Part shown: positions 1-12,959 of the stretch, piece after piece
Position numbering within the stretch: the stretch's first letter is position 1
Layout of the letters: each line of letters begins with the position of its first letter
NCBI RefSeq assembly: GCF_037042905.1
Contig: NC_087252.1
Coordinates: 19,036,001-19,100,000, forward strand
DNA length: 64,000 bases
Direction of reading: 5' to 3'
From: Lytechinus pictus
Taxonomy: Eukaryota
Translations under genes and position numbers: made by a program
Notes under the pieces: generated by a model
What the model was told of the DNA's origin: nothing
What the model saw: the letters and a program-made list of their open reading frames with translations, nothing else
Databases searched by the model: none

Positions 1-1214
1 ATGTATAATCTTAACAGTTAATTATAACTTAAAATTTCCCTAGAACCTCGGATTTTCGAATACAATTCTGTTTCTCTTCAGTGAAATATGCATGTCCTCT
101 CTTGCATTAGATCACATCTCAGTCAGAAAGATAAAAAACAATCCGAGAGCTTTCAATAACTCCTCCAGTTATCAAGAGCAAATGTTGATCTTGACCTATG
201 TGGTTATTAGCATAGATCTTTATTTCGGAAACTAAAAGTACCGCATTATGATCATAAAAAAAACAATGGCGTTTCAATTCAAATTGGGGGAGTAAATTGA
301 CAGCTAGTTGCGTCCCCTGACCCCCCCCCCCCCTCCCGACTATCTGATACAACATTAAAGGGAAATTATTATATGTGGCATATATGAAATACAATTCACT
401 CTACTGTTATGTTTGAGAATTTCAACAGTGTGAATCCATTTTCACACAGTGTGGGTACACTGTGGATATCCACAATGTCGAGGTGCAACAATGTGACATC
501 ACCTTCACACTGTTAAAATTTGAACATTTTGATAGAATGAATAATATTTTTCACATAGTACATTATGTGAACACACTGTAATCACACTGTGAGACACTAT
601 GTTCTTTTCAGCAGGGCAATTTCGGGGACATTCCTGTCTTCGGTTGAGAATATTTATTTTTGCCATCGATCGATAGGCTTCGGTCATTTTAATGTGAATT
701 CCGCTCATTTTATTATCCTATTTTGGCTAAACCGATCCTAGATAGCATGATAAACCATCCTAGAGTCCAACCTTTCCCAGTTCCAGAGACCAAATATTTA
801 TCATTCATGACCCTTTCGGTTTAACATCATCTTTATTTTGGAAACTCAAAGTAGTGCATTAGGACCGTTAAACGTTGGCCGTAGAATTCCATTTTTTTTT
901 TTTTTTTTGGGGGGGGTGGGGTGATAGCCGGAGCATCTTGACGTCCGTCTAGATAGTGCTCCGACCCCTTGTCGACTGTCTAATGCAAAATTACTGGAGA
1001 AATACTGTATGTTGCATTTATGTTTTAGTAATCAATTTAGGGGACATTTTCTTTTGATCATTGTTCAGATGTTTTTCTATCGACAGGCTTGTGGTCTTTT
1101 CAATGTACATTCCACTCGTTATTATCTCGTTTTGGCTGTACCTTGGCTTTTGCAAAATCTGTGAAATCAAATCCCAATTATGTATAGATACATATTCTCA
1201 ATTTCTTAAAACAG

Positions 1215-1577
1215 CACAGCCAATGACACCATTTCCAGCTATTCAGGGATGTTCCGCAACCACGGATCACGGCAACTGTATCTTAACTGTAGATTCAACA
1301 GAAGAAATAACATGCAATGCAAATAGATATTATCCAGACATCGATCTGTACTTCCAGCTGGGATCAGAGAACGTCGCAATCCCCGTCACACATATCTGGA
1401 ACAATACCGACGGTACGAGAAACAAAAGTGTGACAATCGTCGGACATATAAGTAATGAAGTTTATATCTGCGTCGCTACTGAGATTCCTGGAGTGAATGG
1501 TAACAGATCAACATCAGTCCGATTGATTGGACAAAATGCATCACTTAATCCAGCGGCATTCATTGTCCCTATTGTCT
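1215..1577 (+). CDS. Exon: Ig-like (C-type) ectodomain and start of TM helix
   Basis: acag|CACAG...GTCT|gtaagt. Encodes ITCNANRYYPDIDLYF...NTDGTRNKSVTI...YICVATEIPG (Ig B-strand Cys, YP motif, F-strand YxC), several NxS/T sites, then PAAFIVPIV. Confidence 0.85.
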
Positions 1578-1732
1578 GTAAGTATGCAGATAGAAACACA
1601 AAACAAAATCATGTATACATTTACCTGTATGAAAGATACCGAGTGTTATTATTTTGAGCTGAAAAAAATACTACATTATCATTCCTGTGTGGAGACGTGG
1701 GTGTGTGTTTGCATCTACTCGCGTCCACACCC

Positions 1733-1768
<36 letters not shown>

Positions 1769-4700
1769 CCTCTCTCTCTCTGTTAGACTACCTCTGTATC
1801 TATGGATTTTTTATCAAGGGGGGGGGGTCCAGCTAAATAAATAGTTGACAAGCCAAAAAAAGGTATTCACCCAAAATTTGGAAAGGTTTCGTATGCCCCA
1901 AAAATGACAAGCAAAAAAAGGCTTTCCTTAATTTGCAGGTCGTTTTGTACCTAAAATTAATGTGACAAAAAAAAAAAAAATTAAAAGATGGTCGAATTTT
2001 TTTAAGGGGGTTGATTTATCAAGGGAGATTTGCCTTTCACAACAAAAAAAAATCAAGGGGGATTTTAACCTCTACTGATTCTCTGCTGATACGCAGATTG
2101 TTTTCCATTTAATTAATTTACAACTTGTCCATGCTATGACCATGTCCATTATGCGAGCACTCTGTATATAAATATATCATCTCTTTAACGATTCCGTATT
2201 TTCTCCCTGCAGTGACCCTTTTTATTACAACAGGAATGCTCACAATGACTGTCTTCTATAGGCGCCGTAAGTTTAATAGAATTTACCTTTTTTTTCTTGA
2301 GTGTGTGCTGTCTATTTGCTAAACGGCCAGTCTTAAGATATACCTATCAATATATTAACCTAATTATCAATAGTTCATAAAATAAATTACCGTATCATGT
2401 TGTCTCAAGAAACATAACTGTTTGAGGGGAAAAGTACGGGTTTTGCTCTACTTGGTAACATTAGTATTGCGTTATGAATCTACTGAATGGTGAAAAGGTG
2501 TCTTATCACTTAATTGGTCTATGTTACAATACTTCATAGCTAAGAACGTTGCTTTATGCTGCAGTCATATTTCCAGTACGCCGAATCGAAAACAGCCTTT
2601 AAATTCCTTTTTATTCAAACCACCTTTACGTAGCTGGTACAAAAAAGGTAAAACCGATGTTTTCGACTCGCTGTACGGCCGCTGTAAGGAAATGTGACAG
2701 CGCCATGAGGTATCTGAGCAAATTTGATAGATTGAGGAATTGATGGTGAGGGGCAAGGGCAATGGTTGTTTTATATCGTAGAGTTTCAAAAAATTGTCAA
2801 TATGAGAAAAAATTAAAATAACTGAATAGTGTCATCAGGCAAATGTGTAATGTGCATTGTAGTAAGTGTTACGTTAGCTGTGATATAAATTCGTTTTCCT
2901 ATATCATTTTATCTTTTTTCATCTAGGTAAAACTCCCAACGTAAAAGGTAATGCAAATTATTTAGAAAGGTAAATTAGTATAAGATTTTTAATCACACCA
3001 TCAAGCCTTCTTAAACTTTGCCAGGGGAGAGGGAAACACAATTTTCCTTAATTTTCTCTGTGGCATTTATCTTTTTTTCATCGAATTGACTCAAATCTAT
3101 CGTAAGCTGCATGGTCTCATTAGTCACCAGTGAAATGTTGTTCAGAGCAACCCTTAAAACATGCAGAAGAAAATCATAGTTGTACGGCCTTTGAGATAAA
3201 ATTAGATGACGATTTTTAATCACAGATACCTTGCAAGTCTTCCTGGATGTTTTATACATCACATATCACAGTTTTCTTATAAGACCTTTTAAATGGCAAC
3301 CGATTTCTTTCAATGATGAAGGTTAATTTATATAGAAGTATTGTAATTATATGTTTGAATTTATTGCTATTTTGTGTGTTCCAGGTAGGCACCAGCCAAT
3401 TTTGGAGAACCTCTCGACAGAATTTTCATTTGTTAGGTGATCCCCAGGCATTGGCTAGTGCTCAATTTTACATTTCTTTTGTAATATCTCTATTGCTGTC
3501 ATGTTTTCTTGCCTCGAAATGAAATAAATAAATAAAATAAATAAACGATCAAAAAAGATATTACAAGACTGTTTCCTTTCATATCAGCCACATGTACAGC
3601 ATATGCTTTATTTTTATCAAATATTATAGTTATCAAGAACACTATCTCTGATCTGACGGGGGGGGTTATCGTTACCATACTATCATAGGATTTTCAAAAG
3701 GAACCACGTACTGAAAAATACATTTTGTTTCCTTCAGATCTTGTTTCTTATGTGGAACTGTGGAAGCTTGTCGAACTTGCATTCATGTATAAAGAAACTG
3801 ACCAACTAGACAAGGTTGTAACAGCTCTGTGCAATAATGAACGAGAAAGTCTAGGGGTAGTCAAGGATGCACATTATTACTACACCCATCTCTGTACATG
3901 GAAAGAAACAACTACGAAGAAACGGCAGAGAAAAGTATTAAAAGAAAAACTCCACAGCAAGAACGCAGAGAAGACTTTGTGGGGTTTACGAGGTATGGCA
4001 GCCAAAAAAAAACATATACATTGCGTCCCAGGAAAAACGAAACTGAGATTTATCGATGAGATAACATAACTTAATCACAAAAACGATAGACAAGATACCT
4101 ACAATAAATTGTAAAGTTTAGAATTTCCTCTTTCATCTGAAATTACTTAAATTATTTCTCATTCATGTATGAGTGAGCAAAGGCAATTTGAAGAGGGGAT
4201 ACCAAAAAGTCACTTGACGGGCTGTATCTGGGTTTAAAAAGAAAACCTTTTTTTTTTAAGTTCAGTATCTGCTCTCTAATTTGATACCTCAATGACAGAA
4301 AATGGTCAAGAAATAACAAAGTTCTGCGTATTTGAAATAAAGCTTGAATTTCAATAATTTCATCAAATGAAGAGGTCATGAAGAGGTTTTACAGGCTAGC
4401 GTTCCGAGTCACTCCACACTTTTGTTTTCATAGAATCAATTAATTCACACGATGATGTTCATGGATCGTAATAACAACTGTGTGGGATATAATCTTGTTG
4501 TCTAATCATGTAAAATTACACAATCAGTTTTCCACTGTGTTTATGTTTCATCAGATTATCGAAAAATGAAGTCGGCAGTAATTGAATGGTTTGACTTAAA
4601 ACACGTATTGAATGAAATCGGTGAACGTGAGAAAATCACTAAGTTCCTCGAATCCCTTGGGATAGATCATTCAAACATAAGAGGAACGGCAGAAACATCA

Positions 4701-6410
4701 CCGAAGACATTTATTCAACAGGCAGTGGGTTTACTACAGGCATGGAACACCGACTTTCACAGCATCAATCCTGTCATCATCTTGAGTTCTATATTGGAGA
4801 AATTGAATCATGATTCTGCGAATAAATTTTTCATTGGTAGGTCCAAATGTCCAAATGTTCTATCGTCAGTCGCCATTACGTCGTAAAATAGGGGTATGTT
4901 CGTTATTGAATGGTTCGTTATTGCGAAGCTTCGAATATTCCGAAGGTTCTGAATTTCGAATTTAAATGTTTCTTAATCCGAAAACGAAATAAGGTTCGTT
5001 ATTCAAATGGTTCGTTTGTCAGAAAACGAATTAAGGTTCGATCTTCCGAAGGTTCGCTAATAAAAAAAGAAATAAGGTTCGTTATTCCGAAGGTTCGTCA
5101 ATCCGAAAATAAAATAATCTGTGTCGAAGACGGAAAAACAGGAAGGGTAAGCGTGATTGAGAGGGATGGGAACACCAGCTGTTCTAATTATTGTTACGAC
5201 TTACGAGGGTGGATAGGGAGGGGCGGCGAAGCGTATTTTCAACGAAATCACGCAGATGACAATCTCATGGTGAAAATATCCGTTTGCACCAAATTTCCAA
5301 TTTTGACATGTAATTGCCCTTTTTAGCTTTGCCCAGCCCCATGCGAAAATACGTTCTGCCGACCCTGCCTCCCCATCCTCATACCAATCATTTGAACGGC
5401 AACGGTGCCCCCCCCCCCCCCCCTCACCATCACCACGTTTGCCCTTCCGGTTTTCAAGGCTTCGCAACCATGGCTATAGATTATTATATTTTTTCGGATT
5501 AACGAACATTCGAAAAAACGAACCTTATTTCGTTTTCGGACTACCTATCGCCCTTCAGAGAGTAACAAACCCTACTTTTTTATAAGCAAACCTCTGGAAT
5601 AAAGAACCTTCAGAATAAAGCCGCATTTGTTTGGATGAACGAACTTTTTTTTCGTATTCGGAAAAACGAACATCGAGTTATAGGGAATTTACGTGTTTCG
5701 GAGTAACGATCCTTTGGAACTACGGTGTGTAACAGTAAATTTCCCTTTTTAAGATAAATTTTGGTCACCCGTTAATGCAAACTTCAGAAAAAGCTTGACA
5801 TCATGATGATAAATCAGAATCGAAAGTGAAACTCTTTCCTTGAGCTTCCAAACAGCATTTGAAGCTTATCATTTACTCCAGTTTTCAATAAACCCTGAGA
5901 CCTAGACCTCTACTACACCAGGCCTCATGTTTCTTATACCAAAGCTATCACTCTGGTGACCCTACATCATGAATAATTATAACTTATCGTTCATCAGTCT
6001 ATCTTAAACTTCGTTTACTTACCTCTCCCAGTCACATGTGGTGATATAACATATTATGATATTGGCTGCTCTATTGGTTCCTCATCGCATAAGCTTTAAT
6101 GCGATAAAAAGTATTCAACATGACCCACTTAAGTCTTCAAACTGCCTACATCCACCTTAAAAGATTGGCAATGGATTTTGCCCCATAGCATACTCTTGTA
6201 TAGAACCCAGGCCGAGAAGGTTACGAAATGTGCTTACTCCACGCCATTAATTTGTCAATCAAGTGCCACTTGTAGCATCAAAGACTTCATTATGTGAATT
6301 ACGTTTTGTTATCAGCGTGCATTTCACAGTTTACCCATCTGTCTAAAAGGAAGGGTTTATTTGTTTCCTTAAACTATTTGTGAGAATTGTAAAAAATAAA
6401 TAAAAAAATG

Positions 6411-6449
<39 letters not shown>

Positions 6450-9400
6450 TCTGAATTGTTGCAAGTATGCAAGTCTTCATAAGAACAAAACATAATTAAT
6501 CATCAATATGATCAAGGAGTGCCTGACTATGTATAAAAAATCAAAGTTAGGAGAGAACGTGTTTGGACAGTGTACTCTGTGGTGATAGTTTTAAAAAGCA
6601 GTGAAAAAATATAGACATTGTTTCACTGCCCAATAGCATGCCACCGTGTAGATGATGTTTTGTGAAAACTTGAATATTGCCTTAAAGATTATTTGTCACC
6701 CTAACCCGAAAAAATCAAAGCTAATCTATTAAACATAGTGGTATATCGATTGGCTATAAAGGGATTACATTGCCGAGTTTCCATCCTATTCTATGCTTCA
6801 GAAATTGATTTAAATGTAAAAGAAGTTATATACATTTACTATTATTATTATCATTTAAAAGGTTTCAAGTTTATATCGTCCCCGTCATAAGAGGAACCCA
6901 TTCTTAGTAGTCGACACGGTTGGGGATATAACAACTGAAATGAAAAGAATACTTTCATAAAAACGTTTAATCTGTGGGTTTTTTGTTATTTGTTTTTATC
7001 TTTGTGTAATTTCCCCTAGTACCTCGTGACAAGAAACAAGTTTTAGAAGACAGCGAGAGGACAAAATATAGCAGAGATTTCTCAAAAAAGCATGTTGACA
7101 TGCTTTCCACCATTATAAAAAATGTCAGAGGTGATAACAAGCCACTACACAACATGAAAGTCTTAAGAGACAACCCTGAAGTCCTTTTTAACACCGAGAT
7201 AATGCTTCGTGATTGGTGGAATAAACAGCAGTACAGCTATTACAGAAGGAGATGTATACTAGATGGTGCAGTCACCGTACATAGTGTACAAACAAATGCG
7301 ACGGAAGATATTAAACTTAAAATCTCCGAAGCATGCCTAGGTGAGTTTAAAATTTGCAGACTTCAGAGTTTTCCCCTATACCCTCTTTTATCGTTTGCTT
7401 CTATTGTGACTACTATTAAATTGTTTGCTCTATTCATTTTTTGGTTACGTGCTTTTGACTGTTTGAGATGATTACCTTTGACCACTTTAATTGTTTTTTC
7501 TCACCTTTTGGTATCATTACGTCGACTTATATACAATGAATACTATCAATTATTGCGTGAATAGTTATTACAAACATATTATTTTATGTTTGTTACTTTT
7601 AACGCTTTCCAATAGCTCCTTTAGGAGGCAACCCTTCTTTGCAATTAAGACAAACTCCACTGAATATACCGTATACATAAATGTATATGTTTAACAGTAT
7701 TAAAATATTACCTTTGGAATGTAAGGAATGTAAGGAGAGTGAAAAGGGATATTGAATGGCAATGATATTGGTTCAGTTATGTAATTGAAAGTTCATCACT
7801 ATAAGAAATATAAATAAATACAATGTATATACACATCTTTACCAGTATGGACATTTTACTTTGAACTATTCAGTATTTCGATACGGCAAATTTACTGGAT
7901 TAAAAAAAAAAAAAAAAACATTAACCTTTCATGTATTTTCGTCGCCAAGATCATGTTCGAGTATTCAATCATAATACATGCACTATCATTGAAATAACTT
8001 ACTATCTCATTGTTTGTAGTGGAGCTTAATATTCAACTCGTAATGATTATGTGTTACTTAATATCTCATCTCATAATGCAGTAACTGATCAGTGGCCATC
8101 CAACGACGAATTGAAGCTCATTGCTGATCACATTGATAACAAATATACCAAACATATTCGGGAACGTCTTGAACTGACCAATCTATCTCAGAATTCAAAT
8201 AGAAACGATGTATTTGACGCTTTATGCGCTTGGAGACAATCAATGAAAGAGGACTTTCCGACGATGTATAGGATGCTGCTATCTGCTCTAAAGGACACGA
8301 ATGTTTCTGGTGAGAATAACTAAGACCTTTTTAATTATTCATAAATATAATTTTAAAATGTATTATCAAAAACACGGTTTCCATTCATCGGCATTCGATA
8401 TCCCGAATGCATGGAGTATGCATAATCGTTGGCTGAACAGACAAAATAAAGGATCGTGTACATTTTCATTTTAATGATATCCTCATAATAAGACATCATT
8501 TCTCATCGTTGAAAGGCTATGTAAAGTTTCCCAGATGAAAATTACAAAAAAAATAGCTTCGATGACATGCATGAACCGTTTTACGTTCTTCAAATTTCGT
8601 GAAATACGATCAACTGAGTTCACTTTTCTTTTCAGGCTTACTTTCACCCCTGAAGATGGATGACATTCAAAGGGCTGAGTACGTAGAGATAGCATTCAAT
8701 CTACTCATGACTGATATCCTTCCAGTAGTCAGCCATCTTGGAATCAATGAAACGAAGTTGTCGTCATACAGACCAGCATTCGAGCCGTCTCATCTCCAGG
8801 AAGGGACAATTGGGCTCGTTTCAACCTTAATAACGTTTTTGGATAAGAATAAACAGAGAGAGGACTTGTGCAGAAAGCTCAAAGAGGGGGGATTCCCTTC
8901 CAGCATTCAACTGAATATAATTGGTACGTTCATTTGATCTTGAATTAAAGTTCTACTTGGTAAAAGCCATAAATAATTTTACCTTAAATTCAAACAACAT
9001 AGAGAGTGTTCTGGTGGCAGCCGATGAAATCAAAACTAAAAATCGAATGAAAACGAAATTACACAAATGTTCGCCCATACACCTTTATCAAGTGTTTGAT
9101 AAAATCAAAGTACCACAGATAAACAGCGCACACTCTGCTCTAGCGTCCTGTGGTGCGATTACATTTTTTTTTGGGGGGGTTCGTTTCACTTTAATTCGAT
9201 TTGAAAACATTCAATACGTTGAGGTTTTTTCAAATTAATTGCACAAAATAATGTCTGTTATTTTCATTTTACTATCTATTTTCATTCCCAAGCCCATCAA
9301 ATGTCTTACGGAGAACTTTCGGCAATGTTCACATCACCGACAAGATGTAAGACGAGTGCTGATGAAAAGACAGAAGCCACACAACATGAACCTCAAGAAG

Positions 9401-10762
9401 GAGATTCCTTGCTGGCTCAAGAAGAAATCCAAGCCCCTGACACGACCACTACACCTGTGAAGCCTAAAGTTACGAAGGCCGCAGAGTCCACGAAAGGTTT
9501 CAGCCGTATCAAGAACATTCTACGCAGCAACTCGTCAAAACAGAGCCCCGATACCACACAACAAGAGAAGAAATCAAAGGAAGGAGGCACTTCCCTAGGT
9601 GAATCAACAACAAAAACCTCGTTGGATACAGCCATAGCGATGGAATCGTTTGTCGTAAAAGTCGCAGAAGCTTTGCCAGTCGCCAAAGAAAGAGCAACCA
9701 CCCTAAATGACACAACATTTCCTATTGAACCTTGTGTCGGAACATTTGAAGCTAGTCGGCATCTCAGCGAGATCATGAAGACACTAAACTTGTCAGTTGA
9801 AGATGTTAGCTCCTCAGTGGACAACAATCCGGATGAGTTCACACTGTTCAAGATGTGGAAAGATAAAACACGTTTTTCTGCCGTCAGTGAACGAGCATCA
9901 GTTATAAAATGTCTGCAGGACTCGGGGAAATGTGAACTGGCGAGATCAGTAATCGAAGGTAATTATTCAGCACAGAGAGACAACAAATACATAGAGATTT
10001 ATTGAAAACAGACTTTACAGTTTGAATGCTCCTTATCTTTTAGCTGTTGTAATTTACCACATTTGATATAAATTATAGTCCATTTTATGTAATGATGAAG
10101 TTGGAAATGGGGAAATTTATCAGGACTGCGCATAAAGATTTTTCAAAGGGGCAGGACAACCCAAACCTGGTGTTGTATAACTACAAGGCCCAGACCACTA
10201 TTTACCCTTCTTTATCCATTCCCTTTTTCTCTCTATTTTTTCTTCATCGGGGCTTCATGCCACGGTGATTCTAATTTACCCCAATAAACCATTTTGAACT
10301 TACGTTTCCTTGTTGTTTGAAAAGAAATAGTTGAACTCTTTATTTAATCATTAGTTATATTTTGTTTTTATCAGTATTAGTGACACTAACTGCTATCATC
10401 CGACAATATATTTCTTATTTGTAGGCAAATTCGTACCAGAAGAGGTCAACCTCTCATTCGTCAAACACATTGCCAAGAAGGCGAAAGCCAACAACCAGTT
10501 GAAAGAGATAGCTGAGGCGTTTGGTATTGAGAAAGGCTTTGAAGAAAGTCAAGGTTCGGATGATGCTATTAGTGAGACCATTTGGAACAGACTTCGATCC
10601 ACCAAAATGTGGAAAGTGGTAAAAGATGGTAAAAGTCAGATGGTACAAAGCCAAGCTCTTATTGTCAATCAAGCCGACGAACTTGTAGAATATGGATTTC
10701 TGGACTTTGCTCGGGAACTTCTAATCATATACCAGCATAAAAAAAAAATTAATGCAAAATGA
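1215..10762 (+). CDS. Multi-exon gene (5' incomplete): Ig-like domain, TM helix, ~7 tandem death-domain-like modules; putative innate immune/death receptor, ~937 aa visible
   Basis: Exons 1215-1577, 2213-2266, 2927-2947, 3738-3992, 4555-4836, 7020-7340, 8082-8309, 8636-8923, 9293-9958, 10425-10762. All introns are GT-AG and phase 1, and the exons splice into one open frame ending at TGA 10760-10762. The domain calls come from visual motif recognition. Confidence 0.85.
2213..2266 (+). CDS. Exon: rest of TM helix and basic stop-transfer
   Basis: Polypyrimidine tgcag|...|gtaagt; encodes (L)TLFITTGMLTMTVFYRR, continuing the hydrophobic stretch in phase. Confidence 0.8.
2927..2947 (+). CDS. 21-bp juxtamembrane micro-exon
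   Basis: Long pyrimidine tract, ctag|GTAAAACTCCCAACGTAAAAG|gtaatg; (R)KTPNVK, phase 1-1. Confidence 0.55.
3738..3992 (+). CDS. Exon: death-domain-like module 1
   Basis: ttcag|...G|gtatgg; DLVSYVELWKLVELAF...THLCTWKETTT...VLKEKL. Confidence 0.7.
4017..4175 (+). mobile_element. Left-arm fragment of a Tc1/mariner-type MITE
   Basis: tacattgcgtcccaggaaaaacgaaactgagat... aligns by eye with the left arm of the complete MITE at 37594-37861. Confidence 0.6.
4555..4836 (+). CDS. Exon: death-domain-like module 2
   Basis: atcag|...G|gtaggt; KFLESLGIDHSNI...QQAVGLLQAWNT...ILSSILEKLNH. Confidence 0.8.
4895..5725. repeat. Foldback-like intronic repeat with tandem sub-terminal motifs
   Basis: Degenerate ggttcgttattccgaa motifs at ~4900-5110 and their reverse complement (ttcggaataacgaacc-like) at ~5495-5720. 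Boundaries are approximate. Confidence 0.55.
7020..7340 (+). CDS. Exon: death-domain-like module 3
   Basis: cctag|...G|gtgagt; FSKKHVDMLSTII...NTEIMLRDWWNKQQ. Confidence 0.75.
8082..8309 (+). CDS. Exon: death-domain-like module 4
   Basis: tgcag|...G|gtgaga; WPSNDELKLIADHI...RLEL...DVFDALCAWRQ...MLLSALKD. Confidence 0.8.
8636..8923 (+). CDS. Exon: death-domain-like module 5 (lacks the conserved Trp)
   Basis: ttcag|...G|gtacgt; VEIAFNL...VVSHLGINETKL...EDLCRKLKEGGF. Confidence 0.75.
9293..9958 (+). CDS. Exon: death-domain-like module 6 with long S/T/K/E-rich insert
   Basis: ccaag|...G|gtaatt; MSYGELSAMF, low-complexity linker, LSEIMKTLNL...LFKMWKDK...VIKCLQDSGKCELARSVI. Confidence 0.8.
10425..10762 (+). 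CDS. Terminal exon: death-domain-like module 7 and stop
   Basis: tgtag|GC AAA TTC...; SFVKHIAKK...LKEIAEAFGI...KMWK...LVEYGFLDFARELL...TGA. Confidence 0.8.
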
Positions 10763-11581
10763 GATTCTTTATTTATTCATCAGTCCTAAATCCAGAATGG
10801 CCGCTGTGGCCACCAGAGACGACAAGGACAATTAAAGTACTTGATAAGCCTTGTCATCGGGAAAAGTTTTGAATTCTGGAAAGAACAATGTAGACGGTGG
10901 TGTTCCCCCGACTTTTACAATTGTTTAGAAACAAAATGCACGCCTTACACATGTAGGCCTACACAAAATATATGCATAACATAAAGATGTTTAACATACG
11001 GTTTCGTATAAAAAGGACAGAATTGAACGCAAAATTAGTAATGGATCTTTGATTTACATCACCTGGGGCCCGTTGCATAAAACTTTTGACATAATTTTTT
11101 TTTTTTTTGCCAGAGTTTTTTTTTATAGCAAAAGTTTTATCCAAAGGGCTCCTGATAGAGCAATATAAAGGTATTAAGTTATTTTTCTGAAAAAGGGGAC
11201 TATTCAATGGAAACGATTGATTATACGCATAGTAGGCAACTCACTTTAAATTGGTTTAAAAAAAAGATTCATTACACATATGGTTACTCATTTTAGAATT
11301 GCTATAGTCTGACATTGATGGCATTCATAGTAATGGGGAATTTTCCTTTATGTTTCATTTTATTTTTATGATTCAATGGTCTGGATTGTTTAATCATTTG
11401 ATATTTCTGTATCTCTTCGTAAAAAAAAATAAACAAGGGCTCTCTTTGTGGTTTGTATTTTAGTGCAGTTTAAGTAAGTATTCATTATACCATTAAAAAT
11501 GAGCCTGTACAAAGACAAGTATAAATATATATTAATGGATATTTGCAACAAATATTAGCATAAAGTGTTGACGCTACGTAT

Positions 11582-11848
11582 GTAGTTTGCCATTGCACTT
11601 GGATTTTGATTCATGATATTTGAAGACGTACTGTTGTAATCATTTGTTTACAGTTCCCATAATGCTTGTAATGATGTGAAATTGGCAATGGATTTATTGA
11701 ATGCAAATAGAACCTAGTAGTTTGCCATTGCACTTGGATTTTGATTCATGATATTTGAAGACGTTCAGTTGTAATTATTTGTTTACAGTTCCCATAATGC
11801 TTGTAATGATGTGAAATTGGCAATGGATTTATTTAATATAAATAGAAC
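11582..11848. repeat. 135-bp tandem duplication downstream of the receptor stop (probable 3' UTR)
   Basis: gtagtttgccattgcacttggattttgattcatg...aaatagaac occurs twice, starting at 11582 and 11717. Confidence 0.85.
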
Positions 11849-12959
11849 ATTGTACGAATAATGTCATATACACTTTGATCTCTTACACATCTTATTCTTA
11901 TGAAAAAATGTTATTTTCATATCGCAGTCAGTCTTGTATATTCTTTACCGGAAATATGAAATAATAAAATCTGAAATCTTCAAGTGAATAGTATAATTAT
12001 CTGAAATAATGTAAACTTCTTTGTATGTTTTAAGATAATTGAGTAAAAAGATTGAAATTCACGTAAGAAAGATTTACGGGTATCATAATAAGTGAGGAAA
12101 AAGATATTCCAATGGGTATATTTCATGTTTATTGACTTGTTATCAAGAGTAATTTCAAACTTCATATTTTCAGAGAGGGATTTCTTAAAGGAAGATAAAT
12201 ATTTCCCATTTATTATAATATTTTATTAATATGTGTATATCCCTATTAATTTTCCCCTTTTTTGAAGTATAATGCTATTTGCTATCGTCATATATTTCAA
12301 ACTGAAAGATGTTATTTGGTTCGGATGCTTTCCTTCAAACGTTACTAAAAGATATCTCAAAGTAATATAAATAGCAGGGCCCACAAAGAGGACAGTTTTC
12401 GGAACTGATGTGACTACTCTGGGTAAATATATCGTTATCATTATTATCATTATTAATTAGTCTGTAATTTGATGTATTACCAATTTAAACTTTTTATGTA
12501 ATCACAGTAATCAAGCAATTGTATTTCCCCTTTGTTTTTCATACATCATGTAAATATTATACATCTAGTTTTGTAGTATCATGGTCAATAAAAAAGATTT
12601 GTTTTAAATAATAAATAAATTACTTTTTTTTTCTTTTGAGGGGGAATGAGATGGGTCGAGCTCAAACACTTAAATGTGCGATAAAGTTCAAAATGTGTTA
12701 TCAAATCCATAATGTTGTTGTCCTGAACCCTTAACCTTGCATTTGCAAAATAGCATGTTTTATACAACACAAATACTAATAACACATCCCAATCCACACA
12801 CAATCATACAACCACCCCCTCCACATACACACCCTCACTCACACACACACACACCCTCTCAAGCACTGGAAACGCCGCCTCACTTCTGACTATATTCATT
12901 TTCGTTTGATATATATATACACATATATGCATGATATATACAATATATAAATATATATA

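Noticed and set aside
111..236. Possible upstream exon of the Ig receptor after cattag
   Set aside because: The phase-1 frame reaches a stop with no convincing donor and no Ig cysteine pattern.
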